Source: Tubiluchus corallicola
Taxonomy: Eukaryota > Animalia > Priapulida
Assembly (NCBI GenBank): GCA_030141605.1
Contig: JAQGDQ010000105.1
Span: 1-64,000, forward strand
Direction of reading: 5' to 3'
DNA: 64,000 nucleotides
In this document: positions 12,701 through 23,637 of the stretch, piece after piece
How the letters are laid out: every line of letters starts with the position of its first letter
Position numbering within the stretch: the first letter of the stretch is position 1
Notes under the pieces: generated by a model
Seen by the model: the letters and a program-made list of their open reading frames with translations, nothing else
Databases searched by the model: none
What the model was told of the DNA's origin: nothing
Program-made: the position numbers and the translations under genes

Positions 12701-15700
12701 ATCTTGGCTGCAATTTTTTTATTTCATATTTGCAAGTTCGCCTTTCTCAATGAGTAATGCCTTAAATTGATAAGATTATTTTTTGAATTATTCTTTTAAT
12801 ATTTAGCACTTATCCTAATCATCATTGATGTGAATTTTAGGCAAAGATGATCATTGACGTTTGACCCCCATTTAAAGTTATTAAACATTTAAAGAAAAAT
12901 TGGTGAAAACTGTGTAAGCTGGTTGTGTTATTTAGGTGTTCTTTTGGACAATAACTATCTTGCATAAATATATAAACTATTGGCTGGTCCTGCCTTGCTG
13001 TTTGCTACCGTCTACTGGCTACTGTTAAAAGCTCATAATACTAATACAGATTTGAAATCATTGAAGCATGGGCTTTGAGTAGTGATTCACCTTTAGCCAG
13101 AGCGTTCTCTGGTTGTGTTGTGCTTGGATGATGGTATTCTTACTAGGACGCTACCATTTGAGGTAGTGCAGTCACTTAAGTTTATCACTGTATGGACGGA
13201 ATGTATTTGGTGAGGTACCTTAGCGTTTCTTTATAAGAACTCAGGTTTGCACACCTTCTTACTTTGCCTAAAAGACCAATTATTCTCTGGAGACTTTGGA
13301 ACTAATGGCTAGACTCCAGATATTTATATATACGTTACTCACGCCATGTGTTATTTAATGCAGAGATCATGCCGGACCGTGTTAAAGCGGCTTATCTTGT
13401 TGTCGCTAACCAGATTGATAATTGCTAATTGATGTGTTGTTAGCTGTATTTAAATAAGTATGCAACCTTTATTTCACTGTTCTTATTTTGCCATTTACTC
13501 TACTGTCACAGAGAGGCCTGATAAGATATAAAAATGCTTGTAGCGTGTTCTGAAAGCCAGAACCACACTGGTGAGTTCCCATCATTATTAATCATTTATT
13601 AGTGCTAAAATTCCATGATTGATCGGTGGTCTCCATCAGCCTTAACGCTCGCGTCATGAAAATTTAGGATTAACAAACCTACAGTCACTATGTGGGTTCA
13701 CATGTTATTTATACATATCAAGTAAAGTTTTGCTCAAAACCATCTTACAAACTGTTTGAATTTTACTAGTATTCTAAAAATTGTTTTATAATGGGGACAA
13801 AAAGTTCGCCACCATTTTATGTTGAGAAAAATACATTCTTCCTCAACCCTCCTGCTAAATACATTTTCTTTCTATTTTCAAATAGTAAGTGAACCACGAT
13901 GCAGAAAACTGAGCGATGGCAGTAGTGAAGCTCTTCCAAATACTCGCAGTATATCTGTTGATTATCACAACGTCACTGCTACATTTACCGACGATGACTC
14001 ATTATTCTTGATGCAATGGGGGCAGTATTTGGACCACGATATCACCCATACACCAACTTACGACGATTTAGATGGTATGTTGCATTTTAGCATTTTGTTA
14101 AGTTAATTAGTGTTCACGGTATTACTGTATGCCTTGTAACAACTCATCCAGCAACAACACATATTTGACTTCCACCAGTCCAGGAGACTAAGGGGGACGT
14201 AAATATTTCATATAATTTATGTTGCGACAACTACAATAATCACAACCTATCCAACTTCAGGAAAGTTCTTTGAAAGGAGTAAAAAGTTGAATGCTAACGC
14301 ATTTAAGACATTATGCCTTATGAATCTTTTGATTTCAGTTATAATTAAGACATATAATGTGATAATGTGCTTCATTATACATCTTACTTATTGTTGTAAT
14401 ATTTATATGTTACAACTGCTGTCCACCAATAAATACCGACACGCTGCAAATTCCACTAATGATACAATACAAAACACAATAAGGATATTTCTTTACCAGT
14501 GATTTTCTAACATTTACTGCTAAGTGCAGTAGAAACTTGAATTTACCTAATAAAAATGTAATAAAATTTATTATATAGTGGGTAGTTTATGAAACGGATA
14601 TTGCTTTTGTTATAAACAATTTAAAAATTTTATTTCTTTACCAAATTCTAGTATTTAAAATGTTTACTGATCTCCACAAGTTAAATGACAAGGAAGTGAC
14701 CAGTATTGTTGAATTTATGTCATTTCTGATCATAAATTGATGAAATATGTTACTTTTTATTATGACGACCGTAAGTTAAACCGCAAGCAAAACAGTTTTT
14801 GACAACATGTTTTGTGTTCTAGTTGAGTGTTGTCCGTTGACTGCAACTGGAGACCAGCAAAGTGACAAGTGTTATTCGATAGATGTAGACCAGAACGACC
14901 CATTCTATGGAGGGAAGCAAACTCTAATGTGCATTCCCATCGTGCGCTCTATGCCTGGAGAATGTGAAACGGGTTTGTATATCAGAACGTAAACTTTTTC
15001 AGACTTTCTAATTTTCAGACAGTCCGCAGAGTTTTCAGACTTTCTATGTTAGTATTACTTTCATGGGTTTGTCTGATTGTTTTGCTCTATGTCTTGATAC
15101 CGTGTGGACAGTGGTTCACCGTTGACAGTCTTAGTGGCCTACAGTGTAAATTCCGCAAACGTCATTGTACCTTTGTAGTGCAATGGGTAGGATAGCTGCC
15201 TGAATACCAGAAGACCTTGGTTTCGAATGAGCGAAATTTTCAAGCTTCAAACTTTTATTAATATCGGAAATTGATGTGTATGGCACTAATGAAAAGCATT
15301 TGTAAGTTATGCATTGGGGCTAACTTTTGTGTTTTAGGTCACAGAGAACAGATAAATCAAATAACCGCGTACATAGATGGTTCTGTTGTCTATGGATCTG
15401 ATTCAGAGACAGTAGATCGCCTACGGGAACACAGTGGTGGTGAGTTCTTCGTACTCGTACTGAGTTCATTAGTAACATGGTCATTTGCAAACTAATTATT
15501 TTGGGTACTTTAAACCACTCGTGAAAAATATTTCCTTTAACAGGCACAAGGACTGGTGTTTCCGTGAATGTACTAATTCCTTTTAGCCTTCTAAGTCGCA
15601 ATAAATTTGTACATTAATTTATGAGAAGCAGAGTGGGCAAAAATACATAAGTGAAATAAAACAAGTTGAAATTGCTTGAGCAAAAGGTGACTTTGTGCAC

Positions 15701-18700
15701 TACTTCCTTTTTCTGTTTTGATATTTATTTGAACAAATCTCAAAATTTGAAAATTCCGACGAGCAAAGATCATAAACACAAAGGATATCATATACTACAT
15801 ATACGTAATTCAAATGATCCGGTAGTAATTAGAAGGTTACAAAGTAAACCAATTACGTAAAATATACAAGCATTAATCTTTGAACATGCTAAGCTAAACT
15901 AAATTGTACAGAAGTTTGCAGTTTAATGTGTGGTTCAAGTGTGGCTTACTGCTGTTATCAAGGGCTTATGAAGACAACTGAAATTACTGGCGGAAGACCT
16001 GTTTTACCTAAAAGCGCAGTTGATGGTAGTTGTGAAGATAACGACGGTAACGCTGTTGCTTGTTATGATGGAGGTACGTGACACCTAATTAAGCAAAACC
16101 TTATAACAAACTTAATTGAAATCAAACATGATGTGTACGTGTAGTTTACTTTACTAATAAATTAAAATTGTAACCATCATTTGGTTACAAGTTTTTATAT
16201 GACGTTCGAAGGCATAACATCATGCCACTGTAATAACAATAATAATGGTAATAATACTAATAATAATCGTTATCTAAAGCCAACAGACAAATCGAGTGCC
16301 GCCTGCGAGAGATAATTATTGGTCTGAATTGGTGTTGTTCTTATAGGAGACGAAAGAGCTAATGAGCAACTTGGGCAGCAAGTACTCCAAGTTCTTTTCC
16401 TCAGAGAACACAATCGCATTGCAACAGCCATTAGTGCAGAAAAACCTGAATGGGAGGATGAACAAATTTTCCAAGAAGCAAGAAGAATAGTTGGTGCAGA
16501 AATGCAGGTGCGCGATACGCAATTAGCGCGGCATAAAGTGCTCAAGTTCCAAATGGTTGACTTCTACATATTCTTAAAAAACTGTAGAGACGCTTTTGAC
16601 ATTTTCAAAAAATTGTTTAATTGTTGTGGCCACAAGATAGAACTTTTGCTCTCTTGATGCCATTGTTGTGGCTGAGGTGCAGAAATTAGGGTAACAAATT
16701 CGTCTTCACGGCTATCTTTTGGACCAAAATCAGACAGATGTCATTATCTTTAATGGGTCATTAATGTCTTTATCATTAATAAAGGAGGCTGCAAAATTAC
16801 TAAAAATGCATTCACATTAGGTAACGATAACCTGCAAATTGTTCAAAGGTATACGTATCTAGGAATAGCCTTTACTGACAGTGGCTCCTTTAATGCAGCT
16901 GAACAAGAGTTGCATAGTAAGGCTGCCAAACTTAGATAAAGACTACAGGGCACAAATACAGAAATAAATGTATGTAATGAAATTATTTGACACCCCGATC
17001 AAACCAGTTGCATTATACTCGTGCGAGATTTGCACACTTTTTTTTACAACAAAAGGTGCTCAAAGGATAAGGATCCAGGAAATTGTTTTTTCTCACATTG
17101 TTATTATGAAAATGTGATACTTGTGAACAAAAATTCTGGACTGTTAGCTACTCTTCAAATATACTAACTCATACAGGTTTTTTAAACATTTGAGATCTCG
17201 GAGCATATCGGATACCAGTCCGTTTGTTAAATCTTTAAAACTTAAACTTTTATCAAACTATTAGTCTTACTGGAAATTTTAAGTATCCAAAGAAAAAGGA
17301 AAGCGTGGAGAAAATATTAAATTAAGAACGTAACTCGAAGCTTAAATCCATTTGTTAATATTACTACATATTCATTAAAAACGCTAGCAATAGATATATA
17401 ACTTCACTAAAATACGTATAAGCGCTCATAGCCATTTCATTGAAAAAGAACGCCACTAATTTCCGAAAATTCCCATATTCAGCAACGAATGTACTAGCAA
17501 CGAAAATGAATAGCACTACCTTCTAAGTTGTAAAAACATAATAATATTAGAGAGTGTCTGATTAATGAAATTTGTGTTTTGAGTCCAACTTTTATATCAC
17601 TTACTGATGAGCATAAACTCAAAATCTTTCTTACCAGTGATGATTACGAGATTACGATATTAGCATCAATTTTTTTACGAAATGTTTTAATTAAGAAATG
17701 AACTTGCACAACAACAATAAGGCCCACATAATTGAATATAATTTTAATATCGCAATTAACTTTGAAATTCACTTATTCACTCATATTTGTTTTCCTCAGT
17801 TATTCGGGTTATTTATTTATGATCTTATTCTTTTTTCTTTAAATGTATTGTTCTTACATAAAATGTATGATGATGTTAAACCGATCATTTATGTTTATTA
17901 TCTTTGTATGTGGTGTTACATTATATTATACTGTATTGTATTGTATTGCATTGTGAACCAGATGTAATGAATAAATTTTTATGCATCAGGTGATAACACA
18001 ACAAGAATTTTTGCCTGGAATCTTTTCATCTGAGGATCTAACAAAATTCCATTTAAATTCAGCTGATTATGTTACATTAGGATACAATATATCCTATGAC
18101 GCAACTATAGACAACTCGTTCTCTACTGCAGCCTTTAGGTACGTGCTAAAATACTACACATACTAAATATAGTGTGTCGATATGTAAGTTTTGTGTAAGT
18201 GCATGTGCGTATGCTTCCAAGAATTGTTAACATAGTTATTATATATGTATATCTATGTATATATATATACGTTATCTTTGCATTAACGTACGACTTGCGC
18301 TGTGTGCATGTGCGCTGTACGGTGTGTACGAATGCAAGCTAGATAAAAAAGCCTACATAAATATAAATTCTACTTACCAGTGACAGTGCAACATAGCTCT
18401 CGTGTATATAGACATTAGACACTAGGTACTTTAAGATGTTCTGAAGAGTTTCATTACATAAGGATCATCGCAAGAATAACAAAAATTCTGCAGTTCTGCT
18501 AAGTATAGTATAATTTAAATGATGGATAGGGCTATCATCGTTTCATTTATTTTGCAGGAGTTTGGGTGTTTACTTTAGTTGCTGTTCTTATTAGTCATTC
18601 AGATTAGAAGGCAGGAGGTTTCCAATTAAACCTGTTGACACCGTTAGTTAAAAAACAATGAATCGGTTTGGTTAACAGGCTTTTATGTGAATGAACCGGC

Positions 18701-21700
18701 TATTTAGGCCTGCTACATGCATGGCATTTAATGTGAACCATGTCGCAGATGCTTCAGCTTTGCTGAAATTACGCAACTTATGTTTGTTAAGAGCAAAGGT
18801 ACAGTAATAACATATACACTGAAGTTGAGGCAAACAATTGAAAAAATAACAAATTAAGTTATTTCGATGATGAGGAAAGGCACCTGTGCTTCAATTATCC
18901 CATGCCGAATTTCTATAATCTTTTACTCATTTACCGTTTGAACATCGGAAAAGGTGAAAAGCAATTAATGTCTTCATACTTTTAGGTTTGGACACTCAAT
19001 GGTTGGATCCAAGTACACTCGTCAATGGGCTAATGACGACACTGAAGATGTACGAGTATCAAATACATTCTTTAATCCAACATTTTCAGAGGATACAACT
19101 GAGACCATAGATCCAACTTTGCGAGCCTTGAGCAGGTTCAAATCTTGGGGAACTGATAGGTAGAGTATTCGTAGGTTTGGACATTTGTTAGTAAATGCTC
19201 TCATTAAACATAATTTTGTGTGAAATGGCCTTGGTGATTCAATAATTATCTAGGCAAGCAGTGACAATAAAGGCTGGTTTGTCTTTCTTTCAGATTTATC
19301 GTGGTCGATTTGCGTAACCAGTTATTCCGCGATCATGATAAGCAACTTGGACAAGACCTTGCTGCCATCAATATTCAGCGAGGAAGAGAACATGGCATGG
19401 CTTCCTATGTGGCTCATAGGTGAGTGGAAATGATTTTAGTAATTTATTTATTTTGGAAATACACTTATACAATCTATGTAAACAAATGGAAAAATATACG
19501 GTTAATATTAGTGATTATGATATGACAGCATGAAGAACCAGAAGAACAAAAACTTTTTGTATAACGTGAATGTAATGCAAGCGTGTGGTTACTGAGTATA
19601 GGTTATTCTGATAACGGTTTGCGGTAATAATTTTCATTAATTACTTATCATTCATTTTTATTAAATCATTTAACATTTTGTTCCATAAAAGAGCTGTATA
19701 AATTCAGTAATTAGAGGTCAAAGGGCTCAAACGTAAGAGATTAGGGATGTTCTGTTGTGTTGTGAGGTTAGGTTCTTCATGCACACCGCCCCTGTTTCAA
19801 ACCGAACTTTGAAGATGCCTTTGAGTGCAGTTATTGTCTTCACTTTAGATTTAGATTAGATTAGAACAAAAACCCCATTCACCAATCTGGTTTTAGTGGT
19901 TTTTATTTGCAGGAATATGCAGGTGCCATCGAAGTCAATTCAAAGAAGATGACTAGTGTATAAGTGCTGTAGAAAATGCAAAACATCTTTTAAATATTCT
20001 TCGTAAAAAAGTATAATTTACGTAGGTACCAAGTAGTTTTTATACATGTTGTTAGGGTCAGGGATAGTAATAATAAATTCCGGTTATTTCCTGAATTTTT
20101 GAATACTACATATATGTCATGTTTTAGTGGTGTTTTTACAGAGAAACGGCAAGCCAGATATGTGGTAATGCGTTTACTAACGTTTCAAGTATCAACGATT
20201 TGCCAGATATAAGCGAAGAAAATAAACAATTGCTGATCGAGGCATACGGGTAAATAGACAATTATTTGGCTCGTTTTTTTTTCAAAATTCTTTGTTTCTG
20301 TGTCTTCATGTTTCATGTAAAATGTTGATTTGTGCAAGTTATTAGACAAAAACAGTTTGCAACAACTATAGAAACTTTCACTTTTTTGCTGTAATCGTAT
20401 GTTTTATGTATGTATGTATGTATGTATGTATGTATGTATGTATGTATGTATGTATGTATGTATGTATGTATGTATGTATGTATGTATGTATGTATAACAT
20501 ATATATGTATAAATATATATATATAAATAAATATATATATATATACATATGTGTTATACATACATAGAAATATAAAACAAGAATATAAAATAAGAGACAG
20601 AGCGAAAGGACAACGAGAGAAAAAATTGGATGAAAGAATTCAAAGAAGAGATAGATAGAGAGAGAGAGAGAGAGAATGGGAGGGAGTGAGAGAGAGAACG
20701 AAAGAGAGGGAGATAGATAGATAGATATATTTATATTTACGTGTTGTAACGTATATCACAAATTGCAACAAGGAACAAATTGTGATTAAGAAGCGTTATC
20801 AAGAATGTAAGATATTTTGTTCTTGCAGTTGTAGTTAAATAAATTATAAAATTTGAATACACCATATGAAATTAAATTGTTATTAACGAAGAATTTTTCC
20901 AAATTAATATGGTTGGAAACTTTCGAAAATGGCTTGCAAGAACATGCAATGGAAAACTGCATTATCCCGACAAATACGTTTGCAAATTTACATTTATATT
21001 TGCATATCCTCGCAGCACATTACCGCCGCATAATGACTGACAGAGGGCCGCACAATTTTGCCTGATTTTTCTTACGTTTTCTTTCTGTAAAAATTAGATG
21101 CTAACCTCATCCCACCCATAGACACACATGCACACACGGATGCAAAGAACCCAGTATAAACCCTTCTTCGACACCCTTCGATGTTTATGTGTTTATAAGT
21201 TTTAACAAAAACATTAAGATGGCTCATTTAGATAACTTAGGTAACTTAGGTTATTTAGGTTAGTTATATAACGATTTGTTGATATTACAAGTCAGTGAAG
21301 ATGTTCATAAATCGGAAGGAAGAGTCACTATCAAAATGTTCTAGAAATCAAAATCGTGCAATATCTACTGCTTTTTTAATTTGTCTTGTTCACAATAATT
21401 ATTTTCAGTGATTGCCCAGAATGCATTGACCTATTCGTCGGTGGGCTAGCTGAAGATCTGGTACCAGGTGCAAATCTTGGGCCTACGTTTTCTTGCATCA
21501 TCGGAAAACAATTCGAATCTATAATACACGGAGATCGATATTGGTATCAGAATGATTTTACGGCAGGTAAGGAATTGCAGAAGATAATAATGCATTTAAC
21601 GTACAGTATCTGTAATGCAGTACTTAGTAAGGTATTAACATTAGAATCGTCACTAAATTTAGTAAAGCGATTGAGGTACGACCTAATTTGAGATATTGAA

Positions 21701-22944
21701 TTTAAATGGCCCTCAGATGATGTAAATCACAATGACTACATTATCGATTCAAACTTTCGTGCCAAATAGACCTCCACGCGGAGAGTTAGAGAGAGAGTAA
21801 GAGAGAAAGCGAAAGAGAGAGAGAGAGAGGGCGAGAGAGAAAAAGGGAGAGGGGGAGAGAGATGGTAACAAAATTGGTAGCAATACCTTAGATAAATATT
21901 TTTGCCACGTAAAACCCGCTAGACATCCTTTAAGGTTCCAAATAATTTGGTTGGGTCAAACATGAGCGGTATCAGTCGGACATGGACATACCATGGATCA
22001 TTAAATGGGCTGTGCCAGACAAGTGACCTTCTGTTTAAGCTATGCTAGACACTCTTCTGAAACATTTGACCTTCCAGCCCTCTCTGACCAAGCACCGAAG
22101 GTACCAAGAAGACCCAAATAAACAGGCATGTCGACTGTTTATTCCAGACCTGTTGCCCTCTTCAAATCCTTGCCAGAAGTTTTTGTGTTGTTGTTGTTGT
22201 TATTATTATTACAACTACTACTGTTCCAGCTGCAGACACAGGCACATCTTGATTATACTGGGCAGCTTTACGTTGCCTGTACTTATCCCGCAGCTATACT
22301 TTCATAACTTCACAAACCAGGCAAGTTCTCAAACGACTCAGCATGTGTAGCATCTAGTTTGTTAATCTGCTTATCCCCATTTACGGAGCATACACGTCAG
22401 TTTCCACGGACGCACTGAACCCCTGATTTGAAAAACATAAGTAACTCTTTCATTGTGGTGAGTTCTGTGTTTTCTTCCCCAGGCGGCTGTTTGGTGTGAA
22501 TACAAAAAAGGTCTAACGGACCATAACAGAAATCTTCTGGCAAGCACTATATAAACAGAGGGCAGTTATACAGTGTTGTGCAGAATAAGACTATTCATTT
22601 CAAGCAGACGTCCAGCTCTGTACCTCTTAAGTGCATCAGTTGACCAAAACCCTCTGGGCTGCCGGACTAAAAGGGAGAGTTGGGAGAGGGATAGGTAGAG
22701 AGAGAGAGAGAGAGAGGAGGAGCGAAAATAGTCAGTAATTTCTATTTTTTCAGCTGAGATAACCGAAATTCAGAAGGTCACATTGGCAGGTGTTATATGT
22801 GACAACACAGACATCACGGAAATTCAACCATCCGTTTTTCTTTCTCTCAGACAACGGAATCCTAACTGCGGAAATGAGAGGTGCCTAAAATCCTGTACCG
22901 AGATTGCATCACCAGATATTACCGTATTTTTGGCCACGGCATAA
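6739..22944 (+). CDS. Secreted animal heme peroxidase, paralog 1 (peroxidase-cyclooxygenase superfamily, short peroxinectin/peroxidasin-like, about 699 aa)
   Basis: join(6739..6752 [or 8358..8371], 9049..9200, 9846..9969, 10310..10402, 10913..11010, 13886..14074, 14823..14972, 15338..15439, 15963..16073, 16347..16507, 17990..18138, 18986..19159, 19294..19419, 20142..20249, 21409..21566, 22754..22944) = 2100 nt, all GT-AG, phases consistent, TAA at 22942-22944. Motifs: signal peptide AIFLVALGFFVLGTTCA, RYRTYDGSCNN, QWGQYLDHD (distal His, ester Asp), QITAYIDGS (Ca loop), GDERANEQ (distal Arg, ester Glu), REHNR, AAFRFGHS (proximal His), DLAAINIQRGREHG, GDRYWY. Confidence 0.95.
7084..7429. mobile_element. 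MITE with Tc1/mariner-like (C/T)AGTAGGGTCAA termini
   Basis: Terminal tagtagggtcaa / ttgaccctactg; inner arms ccaaattaggccgaaatttgttcactgcaaagggcctaattatgacgtc (about 7155-7202) and gacgtcataattaggccctttgcagtgacaaaatatcggccttatttgg (7280-7328) are reverse complements. Confidence 0.75.
8342..8371 (+). CDS. Duplicated alternative start-codon microexon of peroxidase 1 (ATG 8358, MKSTR)
   Basis: atAG|cggcggatatttcaagATGaaaagtacaag|GTACGT: 30 nt, same tcaagATG context, phase-2 end and GTACGT donor as exons 6723-6752 and 28288-28315. Confidence 0.65.
15170..15235 (+). mobile_element. Degenerate tRNA-derived SINE-like head
   Basis: A-box-like tagtgcaatgg followed by B-box-like ggtttcgaat at tRNA-like spacing; no full cloverleaf. 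Similar weak matches near 31360-31420 and 62240-62290. Confidence 0.3.
16760..17975 (+). mobile_element. 5'-truncated, decayed non-LTR retrotransposon (LINE, CR1/L2-type group) in intron 10 of peroxidase 1
   Basis: Broken frames read NAFTLGNDNLQIVQRYTYLGIAFTDSGSFNAAEQELHSKAAK, MKLFDTPIKPVALYSCEI, FTKIRISAHSHFIEKERH and ENE*HYLLSC, the typical RT C-terminal YLG / LFD-P-LY / KFRIS.H / E.HF..C motifs; AT-rich tail ending in AATAAA at 17970. Clade and 3' end are approximate. Confidence 0.8.
20405..20725. repeat. (TATG)n microsatellite followed by TA-rich and (GA)n tracts
   Basis: Perfect TATG run at 20405-20494, then (TA)n-like sequence and GA/GATA repeats at about 20645-20725. Confidence 0.95.
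21960..22180 (-). mobile_element. Short 3' relic of an R4/Dong-like (restriction-like endonuclease) non-LTR retrotransposon
   Basis: Minus strand reads KDLKRATGLE*TVDMPVYLGLLGTF...LKQKVT, then after a frameshift LSGTAHLM, resembling the PVVIGALG...LQK..LLGTA C-terminus of RLE-type LINEs; abuts an (AAC)/(AAT) microsatellite. Confidence 0.45.
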
Positions 22945-23114
22945 CAACATTAGAGTAGTGCTTGACTTCAAATATAACAGTTTTACAAATGCGATTAATT
23001 TTGCTGTATTTTATTGTTGAAATTTGTTTTCTGGTTAGAAGGAATGGGTTAGCAGTTTGGACAACTTGGAAGGTTGCCTATCGTTTCCGATGTGTGTTTT
23101 GTTATTACTAGGTT

Positions 23115-23120
23115 AATAAA
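23115..23120 (+). terminator. Candidate polyadenylation signal of peroxidase 1
   Basis: First AATAAA after the stop codon (about 170 nt downstream), followed by a GT-rich tract. Confidence 0.45.
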
Positions 23121-23637
23121 TTGCTTTGGGAAATACGATTTTGTCGTTCGGTTTTTTCAAAAATCAGTTTGTTGACAATAATATAGTGACAAATTCTAGT
23201 TAATAAAAACATTTTCGCGTATATTGGGGCACTTGCACCGGACGAAGTTATCTCATAAGTTTATTGACGTTAAAGTACTGTGCCTTGATTCAGATAGCAA
23301 CATACATACTTCATCGTAGCCAGCGAAAAAATTGACGGGAGCATCACATCAACCGTTTCGAGAATGAAATTATTATGGTTTAAACAACATTTAATTACTA
23401 ACATTAACTGTAGCGCCCAAATATATTTTATCAATACATTAATGATGATGATAAATTAATGATTTACAAATTCCATAATTTTGCAAATTAAGCTAAGAAT
23501 ATAATATTTATCATAATCATATCAAAATCAAGTATATAAGAATCATACTAAGCCAAAAAAGTAATGAAGCTTATATAAAAATACATTAGTTCATGCAAAA
23601 CAAATAACAAACCACGTAAGGTCAATAAATAATAACT

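Noticed and set aside
15170-15235. Functional tRNA gene
   Set aside because: Only A/B-box-like motifs; no acceptor stem or cloverleaf, so kept as a weak SINE-like relic.
16270-16545. Antisense ORFs over peroxidase exons (also 10196, 19022, 29672, 31703, 32276, 36163, 37238)
   Set aside because: Shadow frames of the real plus-strand exons.
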